Shown here: positions 50,531-63,663 of the stretch, piece after piece | Layout: each line of letters opens with the position of its first letter | Position numbering within the stretch: the first letter of the stretch is position 1 | Assembly: GCA_030324005.1 (NCBI GenBank) | Contig: JARDVH010000130.1 | Coordinates: forward strand, 19,356,262 to 19,420,261 | DNA length: 64,000 bases | Direction: 5' to 3' | Source of the DNA: Negaprion brevirostris | Taxonomy: Eukaryota | The notes under the pieces: generated by a model | Database searches by the model: none | The model's input: the letters and a program-made list of their open reading frames with translations, nothing else | What the model was told of the DNA's origin: nothing | Translations under genes and position numbers: made by a program

Positions 50531-52349
50531 GAGTTAGAATGGATTTCTGGAAAGTTGATTTGATGCTGAAATGGTGGATTCATATACGGAGCATGTAGGT
50601 ATTGTAATGGGAATAAGTTAAACTTGATACTCTGGAGGAATAGGATTAGATGGATTGGGGTTCCAATGAGACAAACTTATCACATTATCTTGAGGGCAGT
50701 GCTACAAACAAGGTTGTTCTAAATGTTTCACAATCCACCACTCATTACGTCATTATCAGTTTCTGAGAGCCCTTTGAATAAAATTTTTCATGTCTGTAAA
50801 ACAAAGAAAGAAATCAAAGTGCCAGTTTTTGGACCAAATGTGTTTTCAATTTAAATAACCAGAATTAATTTCAGAGATACTGAACCAGTCATTTAAACTG
50901 ATCTTCTGTGTTGATGTACTTTGCCACTGTATCCGGTGCTACCATCATTCTTGTTCACTGACTAGGTAAATGCTTTGTGGGTAGGATATATCTATCTATT
51001 TTTGCTCATGCCTTCCTCCAATTAAAAGTTGAATGTATCACCCCATAGGTGGCTCATAGGTAGCATTTAGATCTATAGCCTATGAACAGGAGTCTCGTTC
51101 TCTGAAAAATCACTGGAAATAGGGGATTGTCTCTTTATTTGAGAAATTACTGTATGATGAACTTACAATGCATAACTAATTTCCATGATTTGTGAACAGT
51201 TCGAAAGAGTACCTGATGTATAATGTGTACAATAGTAAAACTAATACAATTTTATCTTTGCATGATAAATAATTAAAGCTGTTTACACTGATTAGACTCT
51301 AACATGTATATGTCAGTTAAATATATTAGCCTTTTCAGCAATAAAATAGCTGAAGGTCAGAAAACTTAACTAAAATTTATCTTTTAGTTATATGCAGAAC
51401 AGATTTTTACATAATCGATTCAGGAGCTGTTTGGATTAATGCTTACAACTTTTTTTGGCATGGATTTTTGCTTGAGACGTCAAAATGGGTTCAGTGGCTC
51501 CAAATGAACTGTTGTCCTGTAGCTCAGCTCATTGGAAAATGGCTGGCTTCATTACCACTGGAGTCAGCAACAAACAGGCTGTTCATCAGTTTAATGTAAT
51601 GCAGTTAGTATTCATCTTCATGTGGACATTAATGTGACATGTTCACCATCATCTCCTTTACTGCTTTGAGAATGACCCGCAGTAAGTTACAGACTGCTAA
51701 AAATAGTGTTGAATCAAGCAATATTCGAATGCAGTCTGACCATGATTGCAGCTTTTCCTACCTGTGCAAAGTGTTGAGTTGTGTAATAAGCAACGGTTTC
51801 AAAGTCTCATCAGTCCGTGGTGAGATGCCCACCTTGGCACTCAACATAAATTGGGCTCTTTGTGAATCCCAAAATCATCATGGTCAATCTTCTCTTATAT
51901 TTGCTCACATCGCAGTTTTATCTCTTCTTGGAAGTGTGCTTGCGTTTGTTGCCATGACTGTTTGCAACTGGTTCAATCCAGATTTTGTACTGCAATAGTT
52001 CTTATTTGAAAATAGGTTTTTGTTTAGCTTTGTGAATTGACAGAATAATTTATATATGAAATTAGAAGTGTTGCCCAGTTTTATTGCAATTGACTTCAAA
52101 TGAGTTCATTTTAAATGTGCACATTCAGTAATTCTAAAAAGTTATTTCACATCTTTGTTTTCATTATTTCTCAAATGAAGTCGCATTAAATTTTTCTGGC
52201 GAATTTCTTCACACTTTGCGACAGTCTTCTCAATGCCTGTCAAAGGGCAATGTTGTTAAACATTAAAGGAAAATATTTACCTGAGCCAATTGGGTACAGT
52301 AACTAAGAATAGAAAATATAATTTAGATTGCTGCTTAATAATATTATCT

Positions 52350-52705
52350 TAGAACATAAGAACATAAGAAATAGGAGCAGGAGTAGGCCATGTAGCCCTT
52401 CGAGCCTGCCCCGCCATTCACTAAGATCATGGCTGATCTGTCGTGGCTCAGTTCCACATTCCCACCCTCTCCCCATAACCCTTAATCCCCTCGCCTGTNN
52501 NNNNNNNNNNNNNNNNNNNNNNNNNNNNNNNNNNNNNNNNNNNNNNNNNNNNNNNNNNNNNNNNNNNNNNNNNNNNNNNNNNNNNNNNNNNNNNNNNNGA
52601 ATTCCAGAGATTCACCACCCTTTGAGTGAAGAAGTTCCTCCTCAACTCCGTTCTAAACCGCCCCCCCTTTATCTTAAGGCTGTGCCCCCTAGTCCTACTG
52701 TCCTT
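52350..52705 (-). mobile_element. Young CR1 LINE 3' end
   Basis: (agaacata)2 tail repeat and MRRNFFTQRVVNLWN on the minus strand; N gap inside. Confidence 0.9.
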
Positions 52706-53026
52706 TCTGAGCGGGACTGATCTTAAGACTGATCATTGGTTAAATGTCCTTGGTGGTTATATTTTCATTGTTATATAAATATTAGAGCAGAATGTTAAAC
52801 TAACAAATTGAACTAATTCAAATGTAGCTTAACATCATTGCCTCAGTGGAATCTATTTACTGTTGGGTTCAGCCATGTAATTCAATTACTACCATGTGTT
52901 TAATAACTCAAAATAATTTATGAATGCTTCTTTGCCACTTTTCCCAATATGTTTCTGGCTTGAAAGTTAAGTGCTCTTGTACGACAGCATGGATATGTCC
53001 AGCAACAGTGCTTCATGAGTAATATA

Positions 53027-53969
53027 GGTCAGAATTCTTCCAGAAAAATTCTAAGTATCGAAATTGCTTGAAAACTGGAGTAACTCGCGCTTTTTTTTCA
53101 GTGGAAGTTCAGAGAAGAATCTCGCACATTCTGAACATTGCAGAGGCCACCAACAGGATTCACTCCGGAAATCAGGGAGTGGGGCCTATCCCTGCTGGAG
53201 AGGCTGAAATCAGTGCGCTGAGCGAGGCTACGATGCATGTGCTGAGATCGGCGCGTGCACGGTGACCCCACAGTGACGGCCTCCCAATTGCTGGCCAGCT
53301 CGAGTGCTGGCCAGCCCTCCCATCCCCAACCCTGGCCTGTCCTGCTCTCCAGCCACCCCCGCCCACCCCTTCACAATGCCGACAGTTCCCCCCACCCCCA
53401 CCGATCGCCCCTGGGCCTCGTTTCTCCCCAAAATGCCCCACTCTCTTGGCACTGCCCACTGGGCATGAGACAGTGTCAAGCATGTGGTTCATATGGGGGA
53501 GGAGAGGCAATCAGGGCATGGAGCAGTGCCAAGGTACCCCCTGGACATTGGCATTTGCCCCTTGGGCAGTGCCATGGGCACAGGCAGGCACTGCTGGGTG
53601 CAGCTAATGCCCTGGTGTAACCCCTTGGTGCCTGACCCATGTCAAGTGGTGGGGGGGGGGGTTGTTGGTGGGAGCTACTGTAATCTCTGTTGGAGTGAAC
53701 CGCTTTGGCAAGGGGGGAGAGGCTAGCGGACACAGACAGCATTCCTGAGCCCGCTAGTTGCATTTCAATCACATGCAAAATAAGGTTAAAATTATTTGCG
53801 TGCCTCCCCACCTATTTCCAGCACGGAGTAGAGGCTGCCAGAAATTTGGTGCTGGGAAATGCTTTTGCGGCAGGAACATATGAGTGAATCCCATACATCA
53901 CCCACCATGGGATAATCATGGCCTGCTGCACTAATTTTTTAGCGCAGTGGGATGGGAGAATCGCGGCCC
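53027..53969. mobile_element. ~940 bp GC-rich non-autonomous DNA transposon (PIF/Harbinger-like)
   Basis: Sharp GC and CpG shift. Termini ggtcagaattcttcc / gggagaatcgcggccc are imperfect inverted repeats. Its ORFs are not transposase-like. Confidence 0.7.
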
Positions 53970-56900
53970 AAGTTTTTAAACTTGTCCTATTTTTGAATAT
54001 TCCGAACATGCAAGGTCAAGAGGCGTTGGATGGGCAAATGCTGTCCTTCCACTCCAGGAAAACACTAAGCACTCAAATAATTAAAATTAGAACAGATAAA
54101 ACACATCCACATGCTTTTTGGAGGCTCAGTTCTGCTGTATGTGAAGTCAGCATGGTCAGTGTTCAATATTTTATTAATAACCCATTGATTTTTGTACCAT
54201 TTCCTCTGTTCCTCTGAATGACCCTGTTTACAAAATAATGCTCAATCAATATATTATCATCAAAGATGTGAATGTGGGCAGTGTTGTCATCTGCTTGTAA
54301 TCAGTTGAACGTTGAACACTGGTATGAAGAGATGTGCCTCAGGATGTAATTTATTCAAAGGTCCTTCAATACATAAGCACTTTCCAGCGCTCTCAGGATG
54401 AAAAAGGGTACTAATATACTGGGCCCCAGGGAGAATGGTAGAAATTATGTGGTAGGGATAATTGCATAAGGAGTATGTTAGCAATTGTGCAGCTTCTGCT
54501 GTTTTGGAGCATAGAAATGCAAATGAGATCTTTCTGCTTGAGTTATCTTGGTGAAGCTGGGAAAATAGCTTCGGGTTATGGATCAGACTGCCTGCTGCCT
54601 CTGCACAAAAATAACACAATGGGGTACGTGAAAGTTTATAATGTTTACCTTTGCATCTCAGCTCCTCGGCAGCTCGATTCCCTATTGAGATTTTCAGAAA
54701 CAAGTTATCCAAAGCATCGCTTCAAAATCTGGAGGCAATTAAAATCTTGGGCAATATTATATTGGCCGACGATTCTACATTACCCTCAATTTTGAATGGA
54801 AAGAAAGATTGGGCACAGTATGTAATGATGTGGCCACTTGAGACAAATCTTCGGATCAACAGTGATCTTAGGCTTTGAACATTTTACTGATAAATACCAA
54901 GTTACATTTAATTTTAAAATATTTAGTTAAAAGCCAGCCTTTCAAATCAAGTGTGTGGTGTTCTGAATAACTCTTGAGATTTGGAGGCTGACAACTTAAG
55001 CAAGTGCTTTGGTTTATAACAATTTTTGTCATTTTTTTCTTTCAATAGTGTACCAAGGTTGGTGGCACAGTTGGAGCGTCATGTTTGTGCGCTTTACCTC
55101 AAAACAATAGACAATGATGGCCCTCATCAGAGTAGGAAACATTTCCATCACGATTTGTAAATGTTTTAAAATGAATAAATCTTGAGGTGTTTTGCAGTTG
55201 AAGGCTGGTAAAACCTTTGGAGTTACAGTTATGTTTGAGTATTCTGTTGAAAGCCAGAGTGGTGTTTGTGTCATTTCTAACCAGATTAGAATCATTAGTT
55301 TGCAACTGATTCCACAATAATTTGACATACATCCTCAGTGCATTTTTCTGTATGCTGTAAGAATATTGCTGCACTTGACTTGAATGCTATTAGTATTTGC
55401 ATATGACTCACAATATTGACTTTTTAATTTCTTAGGTATGCAAATTGCTTCCTTGTGTTATTGTTGAATAATAAACTGTCGATAGATTTTTAAAGAAAAC
55501 GTTATTTGAAAATAATGTAACATTTGTTGGGATGGAAGAAATGAAGATGTGACTTGATTTGAAAAACAATTCCTTGTCCACACACCCAGACTCCAAAGTC
55601 ACACCTTTTATGACTGGTTTTGAAAGAATGAACACCAAATGGAGAATAAGACCCAGTAGTTGAATGGCATTGATTTCAGATGACACCAGAAACTATAAAG
55701 GCCAAGCTCTTAATTCATCGTGCTTGTGACAATTATTTGTTATGCTCGTGAGGGATGTGTTTCAATAATGGATATGGCAAAGCTAGTGGAAATAAAGAGA
55801 AGGCAAAATGCTGCATACTTTGGAAATATGAAAAAGAAGTGCTCAGCAGGGCAAGCAGCATCAAATAGAAATGGAGATGGGGCAGAATTTTCCCAGTTAA
55901 TTGTCATCAGAGTCTCTGACTGAAAACCAGCCTGTATCTCTCCAGATGCACATTGGAGCTTCCAGACCAGATCTTTGGCCAATCTGATTAAAAAAAAGTC
56001 TGATGGTTTACTTTGGTGGGGCAGGGCCTGATAGAGGCAAAATGTGATCCACAGAGATCAGAACACCATCTTTAATGGGTATTCCGATTCACACTGAAGT
56101 TAAACTCTCCATCCCACCATGGACATGAGAACTCCTGTGTGCAACTTAGCAAGAGGATTGTCAATGATCTTCTATTAAAAACTCATTTCTCTGTCTACAA
56201 ATGCTCCCTGAGTATTTCCAGCACATTCTGTTTTTGTTTCTGGTGGAAATAAGTCCATTTGGTTTCAGTTCAAATGCTTAGGGAGAGATTTTTCACTTGG
56301 ATGTGGGAATTATGAGTTGGGAGATTTCTTGATGCTTTGATCCTGCCTGACAGTGCCCTCTTGCACTTTATTTTCTTGGTGAGCTGGCAGGGACAGGCTG
56401 GATTTGGGGCCACTTTCTCTTACAGGAAGCCTGAGGTAGTTGATGCTGAGTTTGGCCTACTTCCCTTCACTGGCCCACCCGTACATAATTGTCAGGACCG
56501 CTCATCCCCCTTCCTTCCCCCTTTCTTACCAACTATTTCCCATGCCCCCATGCCCACCTGCCCAGTATCTATTATGGACTGAACTTGTGAAACCCCATCA
56601 TAGAATTGGGAAGTCTTTGAGATGGTCATGAAACTGTCAAAATTAACAAATGACCATTCAAAAACCTGTTGATAAAAATATTCTGGTAGAAGCTCAAAAT
56701 TGTTGTACAAAACAAAGATTACAGTCTCCTTGATAGCTGTGTCAAGAAAGCCTGCTGAGCTGAATCCATTAGTGAGCTTTGGAGCTCAGCCATGTTTTAT
56801 CACTACTGTCTGTTACACTACTTCAGAAACTGAAGTGATGCATTCAATCAAAGAGTTAAGTGCACGGTACAAATGGCACGTTAAAATTTGAATCTCACTA

Positions 56901-57616
56901 TCTTTGAGTCCAATGTATCTGAATGTCTTTGCAATGCTGGTCAGTTTAATGATGACTTACCTTTTAAAAGCAAAATCCTATCTATAATTATGATTAATAN
57001 NNNNNNNNNNNNNNNNNNNNNNNNNNNNNNNNNNNNNNNNNNNNNNNNNNNNNNNNNNNNNNNNNNNNNNNNNNNACAAGTCTTTTTGTACCTCAGGTCA
57101 TGGCATTTCCCATGCCAGACAAAATGGCAGCAAAATGGGGTCTCAATTTTAGAATTCTGCCGCTGGCCCACCCCACCCCTTCTCTCCCCTATTCTCCCCA
57201 CCTGAAGCCTGTTTGCTCCATATCACGATTGCAAATCCAGCCCCTGGATTATTATTTTTAACAACTATGATGAACAATGTGGTTTCTGCATTACATTGAC
57301 TACTGAGGGATGAAAGTTGGTTTTATAATTTTTGCACATTGACTTAAAAATCTGTTATCGTAACACACCATAAAATTGGGATGGGGTAACTACTTTGGAT
57401 TTTTTTTTGTTGCTTTTGATCTGTATGTAGTTACTTGGAAATAAAAGCCTGACAGATCCCTCTCAGCTGAAGCCTCTGTGGTTTGTTAATGTCATCAGAA
57501 CCCTCTGAAATGTTATTCTTGGAAACCAACTTGTGGTGCTCTGTGTAATGGCCCAAACTTTTAAATTGGCAGCGTTCACCATCATCATTTCTTTGAAACT
57601 TGTAGCACCAACTGAA

Positions 57617-57898
57617 GTCTGGACCTGCCCAGTTAACTGTGAAATCTAGAGGTTGCTGTTGACACTTCCTCATCAGGTGCATTGTTGAAATCCCCCAATA
57701 GTGCAGTGAATTAGAAATAATTGAACTGATAACTTGCCCTTTTATGCTGATAATTTACCCTACTACACTATTAATTAGCATAAAAGGGCAAGTTATCAGT
57801 TCAATTATTACTAATTCACTGCACTATTGGGGGATTTCATGATGAGGAATTGTAGACAGCAATCTCTGGATTTCAAGTTTAACTGGGCATATCCAGGC
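57617..57898. repeat. Long palindrome (inverted repeat)
   Basis: Core arms 57686-57748 and 57777-57839 match at 62/63 around a 28-nt spacer. Outer arms 57617-57675 and 57840-57898 match at 48/59 ungapped. Confidence 0.97.
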
Positions 57899-58296
57899 TC
57901 CAGGGCAAGTAGACTGCTGAAAGATCAGGTATTGCAAATGTGCAATGTCAAATTTCTCAATAATTTTACACTTTCAGTTATTTTAAAAGTTTGTGTTGTA
58001 TTCCACTTCTATGCTAATCCCATGTCTATGCCCCAATTGTTTAATTTGCCCTGTGAAATTTAATTAAAATTGAAGGAGGATCACAGTGTTTTACTACCTG
58101 ATTTGCTGCCTGTGATAATTCAATGTGACTAACTGCTTCTCCTGTTTGATGGCAGCACTATTGTTGGATGTCTGGTGCTCCCTTTGATATGGCACAAATG
58201 CAAACCAACATCAGGAGAGAGGAAAACACCCTGTGGCAAAACTTCATAGATCAGCGGCCAGTGCTGCCACCATATCGTAGACAGAAAGCTGGGCTA

Positions 58297-58910
58297 ACAT
58301 AGACCATAAGATGTAAGAGCAGCATTAGGCCATTTGGCCCATCAAGTCTGTTCCACCATTCAATCATGCTGATAAGTTTCTCAGCCAAATTCTCCCAGTC
58401 TTTCCCTGTAACCTTTTGATCCTTTGACCAATCAAAAACCTGTCAATCTCTGTTTCAAATCTACTTCTGTGGCAATGAATTTCATAGATTCACCACCTTC
58501 TGGCTGAAGAGTTTCCTCCTTATCTCAGTTCTAAAGGGTCAACCCTTTATTCTGAGACTGTGCCATCAGATCATAGTCTCTCGCACTAACAAACATTTTC
58601 CCTACACCCACACTATCGAGACCTTTCAGTATTCTGTTTCAATGAGGTCCCCCCTCATCCTTCTAAATTCCATCAAGCACACATCTAGAATCCTCAAACA
58701 CTCCTCATACATCAAGCTTTTCATTCCAAGGATCATTCTTGTGAACCTCCTGTGGACCCTCTCCAGAACTAGCACGTCCTTCCTTAGACACGGGGCCGAA
58801 AATTACTCTCAGCACTCCAAATGTGGCCTGACTCGAGCCTTATTGAGCCTCAGTAGAACATCCCTGCTTTTGTATTCGAGTCCTCATAAAATGAATGCTA
58901 ACATTTGACT
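58297..58910 (-). mobile_element. CR1 LINE 3' ~600 bp
   Basis: accataaga..ggccatttggcccatcaagtctg tail; antisense RPHLEC.E.FSAP and MRGDLIET. Confidence 0.9.
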
Positions 58911-61609
58911 TCCAAACGACCATGTGGAATTAATGGCATACTTTTAATTTTGCTTTTGCTTTTAGAAAATTGCCTGGAACGCTTGTTAAACTAGATGCTG
59001 GATTTCAAATTCCCATTGGTTGATTACATAAATGGCTTGAACTGCTGTTTTAATAAGTGACTTGACCTTCAGTGATGCGTTTATTTTACTGAACCATCAC
59101 GATAAATTGAGAAAAGTTTATCTGTCAGCACTGATATCCTCACGATTCAGTGGCATGGTGCATCATCACCTTCTGCTATGGTACCCACAACTGAAAAATA
59201 ACAACCCAAAATGGAACCAAAAGTTGTTCACAAGTACTGGGCCACTGGCTATTTTCCCTTGCCTAAAACACTTGGAATTTTTTTTTACAAAAAAAGAAAA
59301 TCCTCTGTTTATAGTAGTTGATTTTTCCTTGTGGGGGGGAAAAAAAAATTAGCCAGTGCTGGAACTGCCACTGAATATAAATGTATTGCCGATTGCAGTG
59401 GGCAATAAATTTTGCAACAAATGTTATGCCATTATAATTCACATCTTGCTTTGCTGTGTCCAATGGAACCCCTGCGCTGCAGATGTCAGACATTCAATAT
59501 CGACAGACTGCTGTTGTTTATTTTAAACTGTCGTGTAACAAAAATAGCCTTAAGAAATTTGGCGCTTCTTAAGAAATAAATATTTCTCTTGTGGAAAAAC
59601 TCTACATAAATTGTGAGTCTCTTATGGTTGGTCTGAAATTGAGTTAACTCATTGCGGCAACTGGTTTGAAAACTATTGATACAAAACAGCATATTTGGTT
59701 ATTTATAGCTGTACCGATCTGTTCGGTTGAATGAATGTACTTGTAACCAGTTTCCGATGTGATGTTCCCTTGTTCTTTTTTTTATTGGCTTCCATCGGAT
59801 TTGCACAGCTTCTAAACTGGTTGGACGGATGAATGATACAGTATTCCTGTCTCAAATGAATTGTAGATTTGAGTTATGTTGAAAGTAATTACATGTCACC
59901 CTGGCTGCAGAATGGTTTGGCACTGTACCTCATATAACAGATACTTTAGAACAAGCTAAATCAACCCAGAGGAATGAGCGATCATTCTAAACGAGTCAGA
60001 ATGTTTCAGCATTCCAGGTTTAGTGATCTCTCTGTTGTGGATTTCACCTTTGCTGACAAAAAAATTGCTTCTGGTGCCAAGCTATGCAGGATCTCCAAAA
60101 TCCAGCAACAGTGATGGCATCAAGCAGACATAGCCAATTGTGTTAAAAAAAATTCTCATGGACAGCAAGCCAATTAAAATGTACTACTCATCCTTCACTT
60201 TTTAAGCGTTAGAGAGGGCACAAAATGAAGCTGTCTCTGACAGTTTTACCACAGTTCTGTGCTCAAACTGCAGGCCAATTTTTCACAAATTGAAAATTCC
60301 TTTATTTTTAACATTGAAGAGTTGCACCTTTCGTAGGTTTAGCATCTTAACTCCAAATGTTTTCATTCAAAACAGTGAGGTGTTTGTCACAACTTGAAGG
60401 ATAATGTGCTTTTTTTGTTTCATTCGTAATATTTCACAATTTGATGTGTCACGTGGCATACTCAACAGAAGGGAGGTGAAGCAAAATAGAAGGTCAGGAA
60501 AAGGTGGGAGCTCAGAAGAGATTGACAAGGATGCCATGGGCACAAGACAAATCAGAAAGTATTGATTAAGTGATGCTAAGTTTGGCTTTCAAAAGTATGA
60601 AGGTTATAGGGAAGAAAAGATCAGTGCCATGTTATTTTCAGAAATTCTGAGAGAAAGAAGTCATATTCTGAACACACTGGAGAGCAATGTGATTTGAGCT
60701 TAGACGCGTTGTTGAGAGCTATGTTAATGAAATAGCAAATTGAAGAATTGATATAATGGAGAGAACTTGGTGACCGAGAAATAGATTGCTGATTGGTGAG
60801 CTTTTTTACAACCTTCTCAAAAGTGGCATTGATAAAATAGCCTCCTTGGATCTGCATTTGGGCTTTTTGGAGATTTCCAAGTAGTTGAGAGAGAAAAAGA
60901 TTTTTGATATGAAAGGGGAAACCAAGCTTTAGCAATAATGAACATGTACGAGTTCCACCTGAAATTAGAGGATATAAAAAGATCAGTAATGTTAATGGTG
61001 AGCAGAAAACATTGCAGGGGTAATGTTCTTTCAGAATAGAGCAAGATTATCAAGATTTGAGTCAGAGAAATGTTAGCTAAAAAGTTCAGCATTGTGTTCA
61101 AAAGAGTTGTCAGTTTGACCACCATCAGTGAGTGCAGGAGCAACATGATGACATGTGAGCTTACTTTAAGGTTATATTTAGCAGCCTTAATAATGGGTAT
61201 CCAGAAGTTATGAGCGTAAAGATTGTTGACTCCAGACATTTCAAATATCCTTTAAACCCTTGATAACCACTTGTTTCTACTCTGAATTGTTATTTCTCTT
61301 TTTTACTATTAAGCAAACTATGGCTGTCAGTGGCTGGGCAAATTCCGTAGTTCATTTGTCAGTGCGCATTTAGTCATATGTGTTTTTCGTTCTAAGTGTT
61401 TAGAAAGACTTGCAATGCTTGCACTTGTCTTGAAGAGACAGCAGTTAGAACCACATCTGTAACTAAAAAACTCATTGAGAGAATCTTTGTTATTTTGATC
61501 AGCAAACACTTACATAGAAGTGAAAATGATTTACGCATGCTGTGTTCCATTTTCAGTGCAGAGAATAGTTAATGGGTGAAGAGGCAACTTAAATGTTGAC
61601 CTTTAATTT

Positions 61610-61960
61610 TGATGTCCAAAGATGTGCGGTTTAGGTTGATTGACCATGCTCAATTGTCCCTTTGTGTCAGAGGACTGGCAGGGTAAACATATGGGGTTTA
61701 GGGGATAGGGCTTTGTCTGTACAGCATGCAAGAAACATTACTTGTATGCTAATACATGTGATAATAAATTAATAACTTAGTCCCATTCCCCTGCATTTCC
61801 CCCATGCCCTTGTACATTGTTCCTATTCAAGTAATCATCTAAAGCCCCCTTGAATGCCTCAAATGAACCAGCCTCCGCCATACCTCCAGGTAGTGAATCC
61901 AGATGGCTGAAGCTCCTCATCCCTGGAACCATTCTTGTAAAGCTTGTCTGCACTCTCCAG
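61610..61960. mobile_element. Junction of V-SINE (+), Rex1/Babar tail (+) and CR1 (-) fragments
   Basis: gtccaaagatgtgcggtttaggttgattg; then gcaagaaac..ctaatacatgtgataataaat; then tcccattcccctgcatttcccccatgccct..atcctggaaccattcttgtaaa. Confidence 0.6.
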
Positions 61961-61964
61961 TGAA

Positions 61965-62960
61965 GTGTACACCATTATTCCCATTGAAACTGAATTTTCC
62001 GTAGGATGGGCTCCATGCTGTTGAACCCTGTATGAATGGGGATCACATTGCTTATGATTTTGCCCTGTGAGCATAGTCTCATGATGGATGTCAAGCACCT
62101 TTTGCTGAAACTTTTCCAAAGCTTTAATGTGGCGCCTGTAGTAAACCCAGGATTGTATGCCATACGGCAGGCAGTATGGGCAGTGGCTTGTAGACTTTGA
62201 TTTTATTCTCTAACTTAGTGCCATGCTGCTCTTTGATCATGAGGTCAGCTATGGGCTGAAGTTGCTTTTTTGCATGCAGGAATATCTTCTTCAATAATGG
62301 CTTGCCAAGAGAGAGCATGCTAGCAAGATTTCTTTCTACAACCCTGTGATTAGTGTCAACTATGGTTGTGTCTAGTAGTGGACAGTATATGTCCAGTACT
62401 GGCTGAAACATCACCTCAGTCTTATGCACGCTGATTTGGAGACAAACGTTTTTGGCAACGTTCAGATTTGTTTGCCATATCTGGATGGCTTCCTTGTTGT
62501 CGACATTGAGGGTGTAATCATCTGCTTATAGAAGCTTTCTTCCTGCTTTTGTGACTTTGGTGGACGCACACATTCTGGACAAATTAAAAAATTTCTCTAA
62601 ATGGAACCTAATGTTGCTGCCCACTGGTACAATTCTGCTGTTGTCCTTAAACATTACAGCAAAGTTGGAAGCATTGGGGAATTACAGTGTATCTTTGCTT
62701 TATTTTTAGAATGTCAGAGATTGGTGCCATGCACCAGGTTGACTCTCGTTGTCTCAAGTTGGGTCCAGGAGTAGCATACACAGATCAGAGGTGCTTTATT
62801 GAATTGCCTTTCAGATATGTAAAATTATTCAATATTAATTCTTGAAGCCAGGCAGATCTGATGATTTCAAGTACGTAGGGACAATTTGGTGTATTTCACC
62901 AGTGCCCATATATGTGAAGTAGCCATAATTTGCCTTGTGGCATTGGATCTGGTAACCTCT
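61965..62960 (-). mobile_element. RTE-clade (BovB-like) LINE RT fragment, decayed
   Basis: Minus strand gives KFFNLSRM.A.TKV.., an LL(Y)ADD-like motif (agcttctataagcagatgat, ~62515-62535) and KIKVYK..ILP, typical of RTE-BovB ORFs. Confidence 0.65.
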
Positions 62961-63027
62961 CCAAAAGAGGTATTGATGAATGACTGTTGTGCCACTCGAA
63001 GTATCCTGTGAGATGCATGCACGCACC

Positions 63028-63105
63028 CTCTCTCTCTCACTCATTCTCTCTCTCTCACACACACACTCATGCTCACTCTCACTTGTGCTTTCTCGCACTC
63101 TCTCG
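63028..63105. repeat. (CT)n/(CA)n compound microsatellite
   Basis: ctctctctctctcactcattctctctctctcacacacacactc. Confidence 0.85.
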
Positions 63106-63663
63106 ATCCCTTGCCCCATTCCCAACCACCAGCCAAATGTCGCAATAATATTTGTTGAAGATTTGATTTTTTTTTAGATTTACACTTGATGATCTTCGCA
63201 CCCTGTGGAAATGATTGGGATCGTAATTTTGTCCATGAAGCACTGCCCAGTTTCTTTGTCTATTGGGACTTTTGTGGGAGTTTTGGTTGTGAAGATTAAG
63301 GTTCTTTATTTCAACTATATTTTTAAAAATGCATGAAATACCTTCTGCCTTTTTGTTGTTTGCCCCTCTCTGTTCTAATTGTCACCTTAGTCATAAGAGC
63401 ATTTTTCATGTGCAATCAGTCATTTAGTGGAAGCTTTGAATGCCATCTGTTCTGTGACAGCATGAGTTCTCAACTGTTTCAGGCTGAGAACAAAGTGCCT
63501 GACGTAAATGCAAACTGCGGTGTGCTGAAGCTTTTCAGTCATTATGGTAGTCACTGTAAAATAACACAAAGTTAAATGCTTCTCTGTCATAATTAGCTGA
63601 GACTAAAGTGTTTTTGCCTCTTTTTGATTAATGAAGATGTAAGCTAATTTCTTTCAAAGTTGT

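Noticed and set aside
53068-53887. Cluster of overlapping ORFs and apparent CpG island or promoter
   Set aside because: Explained by the GC-rich interior of a TIR-bounded non-autonomous element.
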